The notes: generated by a model from the sequence alone, not told the origin. Shown: positions 18,753-29,505, numbered from the stretch's first letter. The stretch is 64,000 nucleotides of DNA from Patescibacteria group bacterium (GCA_041747555.1 JBGTEY010000013.1:16814-80813); one strand, 5' to 3'. Numbers and translations: made by a program.

Positions 18753-19169
18753 ATGCAAGATTCACTTACTAACCAAACACAATTTTCTCAAGAAGAGCCA
18801 TACCTCGAGCCACATGGTGAGCATGAACCAAAACCACTCGATCCTAAAACTCCAGATCTTAAAGATCAGGCTGCACCTCCACAGAAAGCTCCATTATCGA
18901 TGCAGATGAAAATTTTAATCGGTGCATCCGCAGTTCTTATTGTGCTTGTCCTAGTGCTTTTAATAACTAGCCGCAACGGCTCAACACAACAAACTGTTGA
19001 GCCGGAACCCACTATAACACCATCAACTATCCCCGCCGCCGCAAATCCACTACTAAATCGAGTTGATTCGCTCAAAGCTGCGCACGACACCGCAGACCCA
19101 TCAGAGAATGACCTTAGTTTTCCCCCGGTAAGCATGGATTTACGCCTTGATCCGCCGCCTCGTCGATAG
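18753..19169 (+). CDS. Single-pass membrane protein, Pro/Thr-rich
   Basis: Central TM helix and a PTITP linker. Confidence 0.75.
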   Translation: MQDSLTNQTQFSQEEPYLEPHGEHEPKPLDPKTPDLKDQAAPPQKAPLSMQMKILIGASAVLIVLVLVLLITSRNGSTQQTVEPEPTITPSTIPAAANPLLNRVDSLKAAHDTADPSENDLSFPPVSMDLRLDPPPRR

Positions 19170-19171
19170 GA

Positions 19172-20044
19172 TTATTTTTTGTATGTTTTGCTAAGAAACG
19201 CTCTATTTGTATAGACAATGTACACAAAGAGCACCCAGAAACTTACACTCAGGATCGGGAAGGTAAGGGTGGGAAACGCAAATAGTGCAACGGTATGTGC
19301 AATGTGAGCTGGGACAATAATGTGGAGTCCAAGCTGAAACACATCTCGGATGCTCAGTTGATAGCCATAGATTCTAACTAATAAAAATCCAAGTAGTGAC
19401 TCAATTATCAAGATAAAAATAGTGCTGAGAATTGTAATGGTGATCATTGCAATTGCGCCCAATGCAATAAAAATTTCTCGAGTCATGTATATTGCCTCGA
19501 CCAGTGAGTCGACAGAGCTATCAATAGTATCGGTGGTCAGCACAAACGTTTCATCTTTTGGCAGAATACTAGACAGGTTAGTGTCAGACCAGGCATTATT
19601 TGAATCCTGCATGTATACCGTATTGCTGGAAATTACAAACAAACTCTGGGCATCATTGAGTGTCGTATCATCAAGCGTGGTAGAAGACGTCTGAAACTGT
19701 GCTAAATATGGTGGAAGGTTATATTCATCTGGGTCAATTGCTTGGGGGTATGAAACCTGCAAGAGTGGATTGCTGGCAGAAAGTTGATTGCCATCCCATT
19801 CAATAATTAGGTCTTTTGGGTAAGTGACTTTTACTTCAGTTGCGACTTGATGCATGAACTGCTCTGCTTGGGGAACGGTCTTGATGAGAAAATGGGTGGT
19901 CTCAACAACTCCAATTAACGCTAATGAAATCAGAAAAAAGCGAACACTAAACCACAGTGGCGCTCGCAATACGTCTCTGTAGTACTCGGCTGATGAAATA
20001 CTCTGAATAAACGCATACAGGTATGTTTTGGGTCTCATAAGCAT
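19172..20044 (-). CDS. Membrane protein, DUF1189-like
   Basis: N-terminal TM, soluble loop and C-terminal TM cluster. Confidence 0.7.
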   Translation of the reverse strand: MLMRPKTYLYAFIQSISSAEYYRDVLRAPLWFSVRFFLISLALIGVVETTHFLIKTVPQAEQFMHQVATEVKVTYPKDLIIEWDGNQLSASNPLLQVSYPQAIDPDEYNLPPYLAQFQTSSTTLDDTTLNDAQSLFVISSNTVYMQDSNNAWSDTNLSSILPKDETFVLTTDTIDSSVDSLVEAIYMTREIFIALGAIAMITITILSTIFILIIESLLGFLLVRIYGYQLSIRDVFQLGLHIIVPAHIAHTVALFAFPTLTFPILSVSFWVLFVYIVYTNRAFLSKTYKK

Positions 20045-20098
20045 ATATCCTACTACATCAGGACTGTGTTGTCTTTCTAAATCTGGTACAATCAGCTC

Positions 20099-20653
20099 AT
20101 GTCATATTCATTCAACACCTTTAACGACAAAGCTACCTCGACACTTGAGCACATCAAGCGCGATCTATCGAGCCTGAGAACAGGCAGAGCATCAACGCAG
20201 TTGCTTGATCCAGTTGTGGTTGAAGCATACGGCACTAAGATGAAGCTAATTGAAGTAGCGACCGTACAGGCGCCGGATCCTTCGTTACTCACGGTCAGCC
20301 CGTATGACAAATCACTGCTCTCTAATATAGAGCGCGCTATTTCAGATTCTGATCTTCAGCTCAATGCAATTGTTGACGGTGAAATAATTCGCATCCCGAT
20401 TGCCATGCTGACTGAAGAAAAAAGAAAAGAAATGGTCAAATCACTTCATAAGAAAATTGAGCAAGGGAAAGCGCTTGTTAGAGTGCTTCGCACTCAAACA
20501 AAGAAGGAAATTGAAGACCAAGAAGGCGGAGAAGGGGTGAGTGAGGATGATGTGCGTACCGATTTGGAAGATCTTGAGAAAAAAGTGCAAGCCATGCTTA
20601 CTGATTTAGACGAATTGGCAGAGCGTAAAGAGAAAGAACTGCTCACCGTTTAA
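20099..20653 (+). CDS. frr: Ribosome recycling factor
   Basis: LRTGRA, V.AYG and LTEEKRKEMVK motifs. Confidence 0.97.
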   Translation: MSYSFNTFNDKATSTLEHIKRDLSSLRTGRASTQLLDPVVVEAYGTKMKLIEVATVQAPDPSLLTVSPYDKSLLSNIERAISDSDLQLNAIVDGEIIRIPIAMLTEEKRKEMVKSLHKKIEQGKALVRVLRTQTKKEIEDQEGGEGVSEDDVRTDLEDLEKKVQAMLTDLDELAERKEKELLTV

Positions 20654-20655
20654 TT

Positions 20656-21810
20656 ATGACCGTACTTATTTTCATACTAGTGCTCTCTTTTTTGGTTATT
20701 ATTCATGAACTAGGGCATTTTTTTGCTGCAAAATGGGCAAAAATAAAAATTGAGGAGTTTGGAGTTGGGTATCCGCCCCGAGCCATCAAATTATTTACTT
20801 GGCGTGGGACGGTATTTAGTCTCAACTGGATTCCTTTTGGGGGTTTTGTCAGAATGTCAGGTGAAGACGCCACCCCAGAAGAAAAAACTGCTGCAGAAGA
20901 CTCACCCACCAAAAAATCCAAAGACAAAAGCAAGCCCAAAGAAATAGATTTCTATCAAGCAACCACATTTCAAAAAATGGTGGTTATTTTAGCTGGTGCA
21001 ACGGTCAATTTCTTATTTGGAGCGATCGTATTTGCAGTTATTTTTACGTCAAATGGTATTCCAGAGCCAATCGAAACCGCGCGAATCGGATATGTCTCCC
21101 CCGACTCTCCCGCCGCTACTGCAGGCATACCAGAGAATGTCGAAATTATTGCGATTACCATTGACGATCAGTTGTATTCTATTGCTACGGCACAAGAAGT
21201 AATTGATCTTGTTGAGCAAAATCTCGGTAAAACGATGACCGTCACAACCACTGGCGCCTGCGACGGGCTCAGTTGCCAAGAAAGCGCCGCGACCTACGAC
21301 GTCTATGCCCGAACCCAAGAAGAACAACCAGAAAATCAAGGCGCAATGGGAGTCGCTTTTGATCAAGTTGCAAATGTGTATTACCCCGCATGGGAAATGC
21401 CGTTTCGAAGCATTGCGTTTGGTTTTGAACAAGCGCTTGAGCTGAGCCGACTTATTCTAGTAACGCTTGGTGAGCTTGGAAATGATGTTGTGACAGAAGG
21501 TAAGGTGCCAACAGAATTGGCGGGTCCCGTTGGAATTGCCAAACAAGCCCATGACACAGGACTGCTTTCTCAGGGAATTGGGACAATTGTTTCGTTTGCC
21601 GCATTACTTTCAGTCAATCTAGCAATAATGAATGTATTGCCTATTCCACCACTCGATGGAGGTAGAGCTGTATTAACGATCTTAGGCCTGGTCATGAAGA
21701 AAAAATATATCGATGTGATTGAGTATTATAGTAACTACACAGGATATATTTTCTTGATGGGATTAATTATTCTGGTAACTGCCCGCGATATTTTTCAGCT
21801 CTTTGTGTAA
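20656..21810 (+). CDS. rseP: RIP metalloprotease RseP (M50) with PDZ domain
   Basis: HELGH, IPFGGFV and NVLPIPPLDGG motifs. Confidence 0.95.
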   Translation: MTVLIFILVLSFLVIIHELGHFFAAKWAKIKIEEFGVGYPPRAIKLFTWRGTVFSLNWIPFGGFVRMSGEDATPEEKTAAEDSPTKKSKDKSKPKEIDFYQATTFQKMVVILAGATVNFLFGAIVFAVIFTSNGIPEPIETARIGYVSPDSPAATAGIPENVEIIAITIDDQLYSIATAQEVIDLVEQNLGKTMTVTTTGACDGLSCQESAATYDVYARTQEEQPENQGAMGVAFDQVANVYYPAWEMPFRSIAFGFEQALELSRLILVTLGELGNDVVTEGKVPTELAGPVGIAKQAHDTGLLSQGIGTIVSFAALLSVNLAIMNVLPIPPLDGGRAVLTILGLVMKKKYIDVIEYYSNYTGYIFLMGLIILVTARDIFQLFV

Positions 21811-21833
21811 TATAGCTAGACCAACCGAGTACT

Positions 21834-22025
21834 ATGAAACATTCACGAAATAAACCAAGAAGAATTAAACACAGAATTCGTAGGGAAGCTTCAAGTGACT
21901 CGTCTCTCTCTTTACTTGTACCCGATAGAGATCTAGTATATAAAGACTTACGTAAAACCGCATTTGTAACAGTCATTATTATTGTAATTCTCATTGTCGT
22001 CACGACATTGCCTGCGGTACAATAA
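21834..22025 (+). CDS. Small basic protein with a C-terminal TM
   Basis: 63-aa ORF filling the gap; 'YKDLRKT' followed by a TM helix. Confidence 0.55.
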   Translation: MKHSRNKPRRIKHRIRREASSDSSLSLLVPDRDLVYKDLRKTAFVTVIIIVILIVVTTLPAVQ

Positions 22026-22068
22026 GCAGCTGTGGTCAACAGCCTTGAGGTATAAGGAACGCCGAACT

Positions 22069-23262
22069 ATGAAGAAAACATCTGTCTGGGTAACAATTGG
22101 ACTCTATATCGTTTCGAGCGTGGTATCTTTCATGGTTTTTTCAAATACCGGTAGCGTTACCAGTGAAGAAGCTGAGCAGAGATCAGGTTCTACCCCACTT
22201 GGCGATGAAACCGCCCTTGGCGCACTCCTTGAAATTGATCCATCAGAACCCCGTGATCAAGCCTGTCCGCTCAACGGTGCATACTACACACAAACAGAAC
22301 GAGAAGCATGGGAAAAACGAAGACCACTTGCAGTGATGATCGAAAACGCACCCGACGCTCGACCCCATTCAGGTATCACGAGTGCTGACGTCGTCTATGA
22401 AATGGTTGCAGAAGGTGGAGTGACTCGATTTATGGCGATGTACTACTGTGACGCGCAACGGTTTGATACCACGATTGCTCCTGTTCGCTCAGCGCGAACT
22501 TATTTCTTGGATTATGCGTCTGGATATAACTTCCCCATGTACGTCCACGTTGGAGGTGCAAACACTCCAGGACCTGCAGATGCACTTGGTCAAATCAACG
22601 ACTATGGCTGGGCGCTTGAAAATGACATGAATCAGTTTTCTATTGGATATCCGACGTTTGTTCGAAATGCAAATCGGTTGGGACGTCCCGTCGCTACAGA
22701 GCACACCATGGAGACAACAACTGAGCTACTCTGGGATGTCGCTGAAGAACGTGGTTGGACCAATATGTCACCTGCACGAAGAATTGGCAGAACTTCCTAC
22801 GATGCAGAAGATTGGAAAGATGGTTACGAAGGCTGGAGTTTCCAAGATGAAGTACCAAATCCGGGTTCAGTCACCTCCATTACACATGACTTCTGGTCTG
22901 GATATGGACAATACGTCGTCCGCTGGGACTACAATGCTGATTCAAATACCTACGCTCGAACCATGGGTGGCGAACCACACACTGATCTCAACAATGATGA
23001 GCAAGTTGCTGCTAGCAACGTAGTGGTCATTTTGACAGAAGAAAAAGGCCCTATTGATGAGCTTAAACATATTCTGTACACCACCATAGGTACTGGCGAC
23101 GCGCTCATATTTAAGAACGGCGAAGCCATTGAGGCAACTTGGGTCAAACGAGACAGATTAGCTGAACTCACTTTTGTTGACAAAAAAGGTGATGACATCG
23201 AATTTGCACGAGGGCTGACATGGATCGCTGTCGTTGATGAGTCGACGGAAGTTGAGTACTAA
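22069..23262 (+). CDS. DUF3048 (YerB-like) protein
   Basis: RPLAVMIEN, ARPHSG, EGGVTRF and PVRSAR motifs. Confidence 0.88.
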   Translation: MKKTSVWVTIGLYIVSSVVSFMVFSNTGSVTSEEAEQRSGSTPLGDETALGALLEIDPSEPRDQACPLNGAYYTQTEREAWEKRRPLAVMIENAPDARPHSGITSADVVYEMVAEGGVTRFMAMYYCDAQRFDTTIAPVRSARTYFLDYASGYNFPMYVHVGGANTPGPADALGQINDYGWALENDMNQFSIGYPTFVRNANRLGRPVATEHTMETTTELLWDVAEERGWTNMSPARRIGRTSYDAEDWKDGYEGWSFQDEVPNPGSVTSITHDFWSGYGQYVVRWDYNADSNTYARTMGGEPHTDLNNDEQVAASNVVVILTEEKGPIDELKHILYTTIGTGDALIFKNGEAIEATWVKRDRLAELTFVDKKGDDIEFARGLTWIAVVDESTEVEY

Positions 23263-23280
23263 CGAAGGATTACCACGCGT

Positions 23281-23880
23281 ATGAATAGCATGCAAGACTT
23301 CATGATCTCTCGGGTACGGGTCAAGGTAATGGTTTTATTTTTTACTAATATAGAAGAACTATTTTACGTCAGAGAAATTACCAGGCGCACCAAAGAGGAA
23401 ATCAATGCCGTTCGACGTGAGCTTGATAGAATGCTCGGCGCAGGGTTGCTCAAGAGCGAACAACGCGGAAACCGACTCTACTACTACCTTAACCAGCGCT
23501 ATCTCTACTTTCAAGAACTCCAACAAATGGTTGTCAAATCCACAGGGATTGGTGAAAAGATGCGAAAGTTTCGCAGAAAACTTGGGTCTGTTTCATTTGT
23601 GATGTTTTCCGGAAGTTTTATTCGTGGTGCAGCACCCAAACAAGGCGAAGTTGATATTTTGGTAATCGGGGATATCGTACTCCCAGAACTCGCAGCACTC
23701 ATCAAAGAAGAAGAAAAAAAACTAGGTAGAGAAGTTAACTATGCCGTGTTCTCAGATGATGAATTTGAATTTAGAAAAACTAGACGAGATCCGTTTGTCA
23801 TGGATGTCCTGTATGGGTCACGAGCGATGGTCATTGGTGGCGAGGACGCATTCGTTGAGCGAAAAATTCAGGGGCTATGA
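23281..23880 (+). CDS. Winged-helix plus nucleotidyltransferase-like domain protein
   Basis: YVREITR...NAVRREL HTH; GSF...EVDILVIG minimal nucleotidyltransferase motif. Confidence 0.8.
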   Translation: MNSMQDFMISRVRVKVMVLFFTNIEELFYVREITRRTKEEINAVRRELDRMLGAGLLKSEQRGNRLYYYLNQRYLYFQELQQMVVKSTGIGEKMRKFRRKLGSVSFVMFSGSFIRGAAPKQGEVDILVIGDIVLPELAALIKEEEKKLGREVNYAVFSDDEFEFRKTRRDPFVMDVLYGSRAMVIGGEDAFVERKIQGL

Positions 23881-25226
23881 ATCATACCAAACGAAGATTT
23901 ATTTGGCTAATGGGCCTTCTGGTCGTCGCCAGCGTTTTGGCTTTACCGCAAAGCGTTCCGATTAACTTTTCACTTTTTGGGAAACACATTGAAACCACAA
24001 TTGGATCACCCAACATTAACGTTAATTTTTTTGGCACCCAAATTCAAAAATCATTTGAAATCAAACGTGGCCTTGATCTCCAGGGTGGAATGCAGATTGT
24101 GTTGAGAGCAGGCATGGACGAGATACCTGCAGAAGATCGGACTGTTGCCTTGGATTCTGCTCGAGAAGTATTGTTGCGGCGCGTCGATCTCTATGGAATT
24201 GCCGAGCCAGTTGTTCAAACCGCAATTTCTGGAGACGAGTATAGACTTCTCGTCGAGTTGCCCGGCGTTGATAATCCACAAGAAGCCATAGCACTTGTAG
24301 GTCAAACCGCACAGTTAGATTTTAGGCTGCTTTCTCTTGGAGAAGACCCCGTGGCAACCAGCGGCGGCGTAGCAGCTACGGCAATTGGATTAAGTGGAGC
24401 TGATCTCAAGCGAGCAACGGTGCAATTTGACCCCCAAACAGGCGAGCCTGGTGTTGGAATTGAGTTTGGTTCAGATGGTGCGCAGATTTTTTCTGATGTA
24501 ACTACCGAGCACACTGGAGAATTACTTGGCATTTTTCTAGATAATGATTTAATTATGGCGCCGAGAATTACCCAGCCTATTGCTGGCGGGCAAGCGAGCA
24601 TTACTGGCCAGTTTACCCCAGAGGAAGCAAAGCAGCTAAGTATTCAGTTAAATGCAGGGGCGTTACCGGTTCCTATTGAAGTATTAGAGCAGCGAACCAT
24701 CGGTGCGTCACTCGGAGCAGATTCAATTCAGAGAAGTGTTCGGGCAGGTGCGATTGGATTATTGCTCGTGATGGCATTTATGATTATGTATTATGGGAAA
24801 AATGGCATAATTTCGAGCGTTGTATTAGTTATGTATGGAATTTTCACGCTGGCACTCTATAAGCTGACGTCAATTACATTAACACTTCCCGGTATTGCGG
24901 GTTTAATTCTGTCAATTGGGATGGGAGTTGATAGCAACATTTTAATATTTGAGCGAATGAAAGAAGAATTGAGGCTCGGAAAGCCATATGCAGTGGCATT
25001 AGAACTGGGGTTTGGTCGTGCTTGGGATAGTATTAAGGATGCAAATGTCGTTACTATTGTTACAGCGTTGGTTTTGATAAATCCTTTTAATGTTTCCTTT
25101 CTCAATACATCTGGATTGGTGAGAGGGTTTGGTGTCACGCTGCTAGTTGGTGTACTACTATCACTATTTACTGGAGTTTTTGTGACGCGAACGTTGATGA
25201 GACTGTTTTTAAAGGAGCGAGCATGA
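23877..25226 (+). CDS. secD: Protein translocase subunit SecD
   Basis: GLDLQGG, AGALPVP, GMGVDSNILIFER and DAN motifs. Confidence 0.97.
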   Translation: MNHTKRRFIWLMGLLVVASVLALPQSVPINFSLFGKHIETTIGSPNINVNFFGTQIQKSFEIKRGLDLQGGMQIVLRAGMDEIPAEDRTVALDSAREVLLRRVDLYGIAEPVVQTAISGDEYRLLVELPGVDNPQEAIALVGQTAQLDFRLLSLGEDPVATSGGVAATAIGLSGADLKRATVQFDPQTGEPGVGIEFGSDGAQIFSDVTTEHTGELLGIFLDNDLIMAPRITQPIAGGQASITGQFTPEEAKQLSIQLNAGALPVPIEVLEQRTIGASLGADSIQRSVRAGAIGLLLVMAFMIMYYGKNGIISSVVLVMYGIFTLALYKLTSITLTLPGIAGLILSIGMGVDSNILIFERMKEELRLGKPYAVALELGFGRAWDSIKDANVVTIVTALVLINPFNVSFLNTSGLVRGFGVTLLVGVLLSLFTGVFVTRTLMRLFLKERA

Positions 25227-26101
25227 ATTTCATGAAGTATCGATATTTTTACCTTGTATTTTCTTTTATTCTTATTGTGATAAGCCTGATTTCACTAGCT
25301 GTGCATGGTCTGCGTCCTTCAATTGACTTTGCTGGCGGAAGTTTGGTAGAGATTGTTGTCGAAGATGCAGAGTCGGTAGATGTTGAAGGTCTCACTACTC
25401 AACTTGGAGAGTTTTATGCAGTTGGCACAATTCAACCCGTTGGTGATGCAACGCTACAGATTAGGGGTGCTTCGCTCACCGAAGAATCACAAGCCATGGT
25501 GTTGGATGTAATAGATAGAGAGGTTGGCATCGTGGAAATTTCTTCTCTAGAAACCGTTGGACCGACACTTAGTCGAGAACTTCTTCAGAAAACAGTTTCG
25601 GCGGTAATTCTAGTTGCTGGTTTTATCATGGTCTATATCTGGAAGCAGTTTAATGAATTAAAGTATGGAATTTCTGCGATTATTGCTACCCTTCATGACT
25701 CACTAATTTTGCTTGGTAGTTTTAGTATTTTTGGATGGATGTTTGGGGCAGAAGTTGATGTACTCTTTGTGACAGCGCTCTTGACTACTTTGTCATTTTC
25801 AGTGCATGATACGATTGTTGTTTTCGACAGAATACGCGAGCTTTCAAGACGATTCCCAACTGCTTCATACCAAAAAATTGTTGATACTGCGATCACCGAG
25901 ACTCTTAGTCGCTCGTTGAATAATTCCATCACGATTATTATTATGCTTCTATCGCTCGTACTGATTGGAGGAGACAGCATTCATTGGTTTGCTACCGCGC
26001 TCTTGATAGGAGCTGTAGTGGGAACCTATTCCTCCACATTTACCGCAGTGCCACTCCTACTTATTTGGGATGAGATTTCTTCAAAAAAGTTAAAAAAATA
26101 G
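25223..26101 (+). CDS. secF: Protein translocase subunit SecF
   Basis: IDFAGG, VGPT, HD and DTIVVFDRIRE motifs. Confidence 0.97.
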   Translation: MNFMKYRYFYLVFSFILIVISLISLAVHGLRPSIDFAGGSLVEIVVEDAESVDVEGLTTQLGEFYAVGTIQPVGDATLQIRGASLTEESQAMVLDVIDREVGIVEISSLETVGPTLSRELLQKTVSAVILVAGFIMVYIWKQFNELKYGISAIIATLHDSLILLGSFSIFGWMFGAEVDVLFVTALLTTLSFSVHDTIVVFDRIRELSRRFPTASYQKIVDTAITETLSRSLNNSITIIIMLLSLVLIGGDSIHWFATALLIGAVVGTYSSTFTAVPLLLIWDEISSKKLKK

Positions 26102-26129
26102 TGTTGATTATTGCCAACTTGTAAATTAT

Positions 26130-27758
26130 TTACTGGTTCTGCTGCTCTATGATTGTAGTAGAGAGCTTGAGTAAATTTTCTCGAGTATTTTGATCTGGAT
26201 CATTGAGTACTACTTGCAACAATTCTGTAAGAATAGTGCCGAGTATCGGGCCAGGTTTGAGTGAAAATTCTTCCATCAAATCGGTTCCATTTATAGCTAA
26301 ATCAGTCACCTCCATTGGCTGATGGAGCTGCTCAATCATGCGTTGCTTCATTTCTTCGAGGCGCCAGCTTGTCTTACGGGCACCACTGCCCAAACGGTCA
26401 GCCTCTCTGACATCAAGAATATCATCCAAGTGTTCCAGCCCAACATTGCGCATAAAACGTCGAATAGACGCATCAGAGTTTTGCTCTTGGTAATGGAACA
26501 TATGAAACCGCACTAAGATAAAAAGACGATCGATGTCTTTCTTTGATAATTTCAGCCGTTGCCCAATTTTTTTGGCAATTCTGGCACCGATCACTTCGTG
26601 ATTGTAGAAGGTAGGCTGACCATTAATGAGCTTCATGGTTTGAGGTTTGGCAATATCATGAATCAGTGTTGCCAGCCGAACAATTGGATCAGTTGCAGGA
26701 GACGCTTCAAGTGCATCGAGACTATGCGTCCAGACGTCTGTGGTGTGATGACCACCTTGTTCGACGTTTTTTGCTTCTAGGAGCTCTGGCAAAACGGTTT
26801 GTAAGAGACCCGTTTCGTCAAGGAGCTCAATTGCTCGCTTTGGTTGCTTGCTCGATATCATTTTCAAAAACTCGGTGCTTATCCGTTCCCAACTAACAAA
26901 TGAGAGGAGATCTGCCTTTTTCTTAATAGCTTGCACCGTGTCTTGATCTATCGTTGCTTCAAGTTGAACAGCGAAACGAATTGCCCTGAGCAGGCGGAGT
27001 GCATCCTCGGTAAAACGGTCCTCGGCAATCCCGACTGTTTTCACAAGCTTGTTTTGTAAATCGGTATAACCATTAAAAGGATCAATAATGGTGTAATCGC
27101 TTGATGAGAGTGTACTATTCAGCTGAGTATCAAGGACTGTGCTGGTCTTTTTGGTTTCTAGTGCGGTCGAAAGTACATCAGAGGATAGTTGAATTGCCAT
27201 GGCGTTGATAGTGAAATCTCTACGTTCAAGGTCATCTTCGATATTTTCTCCCCAGCTCACTTGATCAGGCTTGCGGTGATTCTGATACGCTCCGTCAGAG
27301 CGAAAGGTAGTGATTTCAAAATTTTTAAGTTTAGAAAGAACTTTAGACGCTTTTTGGTCATCAGAAATCACTTCTTGCTGTAGCGATACATGAATTTTTG
27401 TTGCAGCTGAAATATCAATTATGCGATTTTCTCGATTTGTGTCATTTGGGAGGAGCCGTTCTGCCATCTCAAGGTCATCAAGTTTGTGCGGTAGTACTTT
27501 CCAAATTTCGGGTGGAGTTATCATCACTGTTCCATACTCATTTTCATAAAAACTTTCTGGAAACACTTTAAGAATTTGCTCAGGAGTAGCATTTGTAGTG
27601 AAGTCAAAATCAACAATGTGATCACGCCCCTGCAATAGATCACGCACCGCTCCACCCACAAGGTAGCACTCATACCCTGCAGCGTCCAGTTGTTTCATGA
27701 TATATACAACCTCAATTGGAATAGGAAGGCTGGTTGGAGGAGTAGTCGGTGAATCCAT
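26130..27758 (-). CDS. cca: Class II CCA tRNA nucleotidyltransferase with HD domain
   Basis: VGGAVRD, DFD, RRDFTINA, EDALRLLR, ER and HDIAK motifs. Confidence 0.93.
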   Translation of the reverse strand: MDSPTTPPTSLPIPIEVVYIMKQLDAAGYECYLVGGAVRDLLQGRDHIVDFDFTTNATPEQILKVFPESFYENEYGTVMITPPEIWKVLPHKLDDLEMAERLLPNDTNRENRIIDISAATKIHVSLQQEVISDDQKASKVLSKLKNFEITTFRSDGAYQNHRKPDQVSWGENIEDDLERRDFTINAMAIQLSSDVLSTALETKKTSTVLDTQLNSTLSSSDYTIIDPFNGYTDLQNKLVKTVGIAEDRFTEDALRLLRAIRFAVQLEATIDQDTVQAIKKKADLLSFVSWERISTEFLKMISSKQPKRAIELLDETGLLQTVLPELLEAKNVEQGGHHTTDVWTHSLDALEASPATDPIVRLATLIHDIAKPQTMKLINGQPTFYNHEVIGARIAKKIGQRLKLSKKDIDRLFILVRFHMFHYQEQNSDASIRRFMRNVGLEHLDDILDVREADRLGSGARKTSWRLEEMKQRMIEQLHQPMEVTDLAINGTDLMEEFSLKPGPILGTILTELLQVVLNDPDQNTRENLLKLSTTIIEQQNQ

Positions 27759-27798
27759 AGCCTTCATTATACTGCATTTTGTTGCTACAATGACTGCC

Positions 27799-29505
27799 AT
27801 GCGCTGGCAGATACAAACATCACACATTCCAAAAAATTTAGACGAGCTCAAAGAAATTTTACTTGCAAATCGAAACATTTCAGAGAGCGATGATTTTTTC
27901 TCGCCTCCTGATCCATTTACTATAACCGCCGAAGAAATTGGATGTAACAAGAAGCAACTCCAGAGCGCGCTGGACAGATTTTTTGTTGCGTTAGAAAAAA
28001 AGCAAGACATCGTGATTTTTGGGGATTATGACGCAGATGGAATTTGTGCTTCTGCAGTGTTATGGCATGTCCTCACTACTCTCAAGGCAACAGTGCGGCC
28101 GTTCATCCCACAGCGTGAGGTTCATGGATATGGCCTCAGCATTCCAGCACTAGAAGAAATAATCACCGAAAAAAAACCAGATCTTATCATCACTGTCGAC
28201 AACGGCATTGTGGCACACGAAGCAGTTGATTTTGCTCGTGAAAATAACGTCGATATCATCATCACCGACCACCATCAGCCAGAAGAAAAAGCAAAAAAAG
28301 AGCATTTACCAAAAGCCAACGCAGTTGTTCACACCACGGCACTCTGTGGAACAACCGTAGCCTGGATGTTTGCTCGTGAAATCATTGCCGCACATAAAAA
28401 AACAGGCCCCGCAGGTGTGCAAAAAAATGCTGAACGAATTCTAAAAGACACCCTCGATCTCTGCGGAATTGCCACCGTAGCCGACCAAGTGCCACTGCTC
28501 GGGTACAACAGGGGTTTCGCTACTGCAGGTATCGCAGCTTTACAAAAAAGCGCTCGCCCCGGCATTAGAGCCCTCTGTGCTCAAGCAAATATTGATCAAG
28601 CGGCAATCACCAGTGACTCAATCGGATTTGGAATTGCTCCCCGAATCAACGCCATGGGTAGGCTTGCACACGGACTTGACGCACTGCGATTGCTCTGTAC
28701 GGGAAACTTTACCAAAGCTACCGAATACGCGCAGGTGCTTGGCAACAAAAATGACCAGCGAAAAGACATGACTGCAGAAATGTTTGCCCACGCCATGCAA
28801 CAAGCTAAGTTGCAAGCGGAAGAGCATGTACTCATTGTTGGCTCTGCTGAATATCATGAAGGAATAATTGGATTGATAGCAGGGAGATTGAGCGAGCGGT
28901 TTTCTAAACCAGCAATCGTGGTAAGTTTTGGCAAAACAGTGGCTAAAGCATCGGCCCGGTCAGTCATTGGAGTGAATATTGTTGAGTTTATTCGAGAAGT
29001 ACAGGCTGATTTGCTTGCAGTTGGCGGGCATCCAATGGCTGCGGGGTTTGGGTTGGCGATGGATAATTTTGAGAAAGTTCAAAAAAAACTCTTTGAGCTT
29101 GGACGCGAAACAATTGGATCTGAGCTACTAACGCCTGGGCTAGAAATTGACTGTGAGATCCCGTGGCAGCTTGTCACAGAAAAACTAGTAACTTTGCAAG
29201 AAGCATTTGCACCATTTGGTTCAGCAAATCCGCGTCCCGTATTCATCCTCACGTGCGAAGTCCAATCCACCAAACGCATTGGCGCAGAAGGCAAGCATCT
29301 CAAATTATTTCTCGGTGAATCAGACGAAACTGGTATGACAAATTCTCTAGAAGCATTAGCCTGGAATAGAGGTGAGTGGGCAGAATCATTAGAGGAGGGA
29401 CAAAAGGTTCGGGTTGCGGTTAAAGTTGAGTTAAATACATGGCAAGGTCGGTCAAAAGTTCAGTTGGTTATCCGCGATATGCAGAATCCTGAAGAAGCAC
29501 CGTAA
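27799..29505 (+). CDS. recJ: ssDNA exonuclease RecJ
   Basis: GDYDADG, TVDNG, TDHH, PRINAMGR, GGH and PFG motifs. Confidence 0.96.
   Translation: MRWQIQTSHIPKNLDELKEILLANRNISESDDFFSPPDPFTITAEEIGCNKKQLQSALDRFFVALEKKQDIVIFGDYDADGICASAVLWHVLTTLKATVRPFIPQREVHGYGLSIPALEEIITEKKPDLIITVDNGIVAHEAVDFARENNVDIIITDHHQPEEKAKKEHLPKANAVVHTTALCGTTVAWMFAREIIAAHKKTGPAGVQKNAERILKDTLDLCGIATVADQVPLLGYNRGFATAGIAALQKSARPGIRALCAQANIDQAAITSDSIGFGIAPRINAMGRLAHGLDALRLLCTGNFTKATEYAQVLGNKNDQRKDMTAEMFAHAMQQAKLQAEEHVLIVGSAEYHEGIIGLIAGRLSERFSKPAIVVSFGKTVAKASARSVIGVNIVEFIREVQADLLAVGGHPMAAGFGLAMDNFEKVQKKLFELGRETIGSELLTPGLEIDCEIPWQLVTEKLVTLQEAFAPFGSANPRPVFILTCEVQSTKRIGAEGKHLKLFLGESDETGMTNSLEALAWNRGEWAESLEEGQKVRVAVKVELNTWQGRSKVQLVIRDMQNPEEAP

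Noticed and set aside
27697-28010. Apparent 314-nt head-to-head overlap of cca and recJ in the ORF track
   Set aside because: This is an artefact of longest-ORF start calls; the likely starts are 27758 and 27799.
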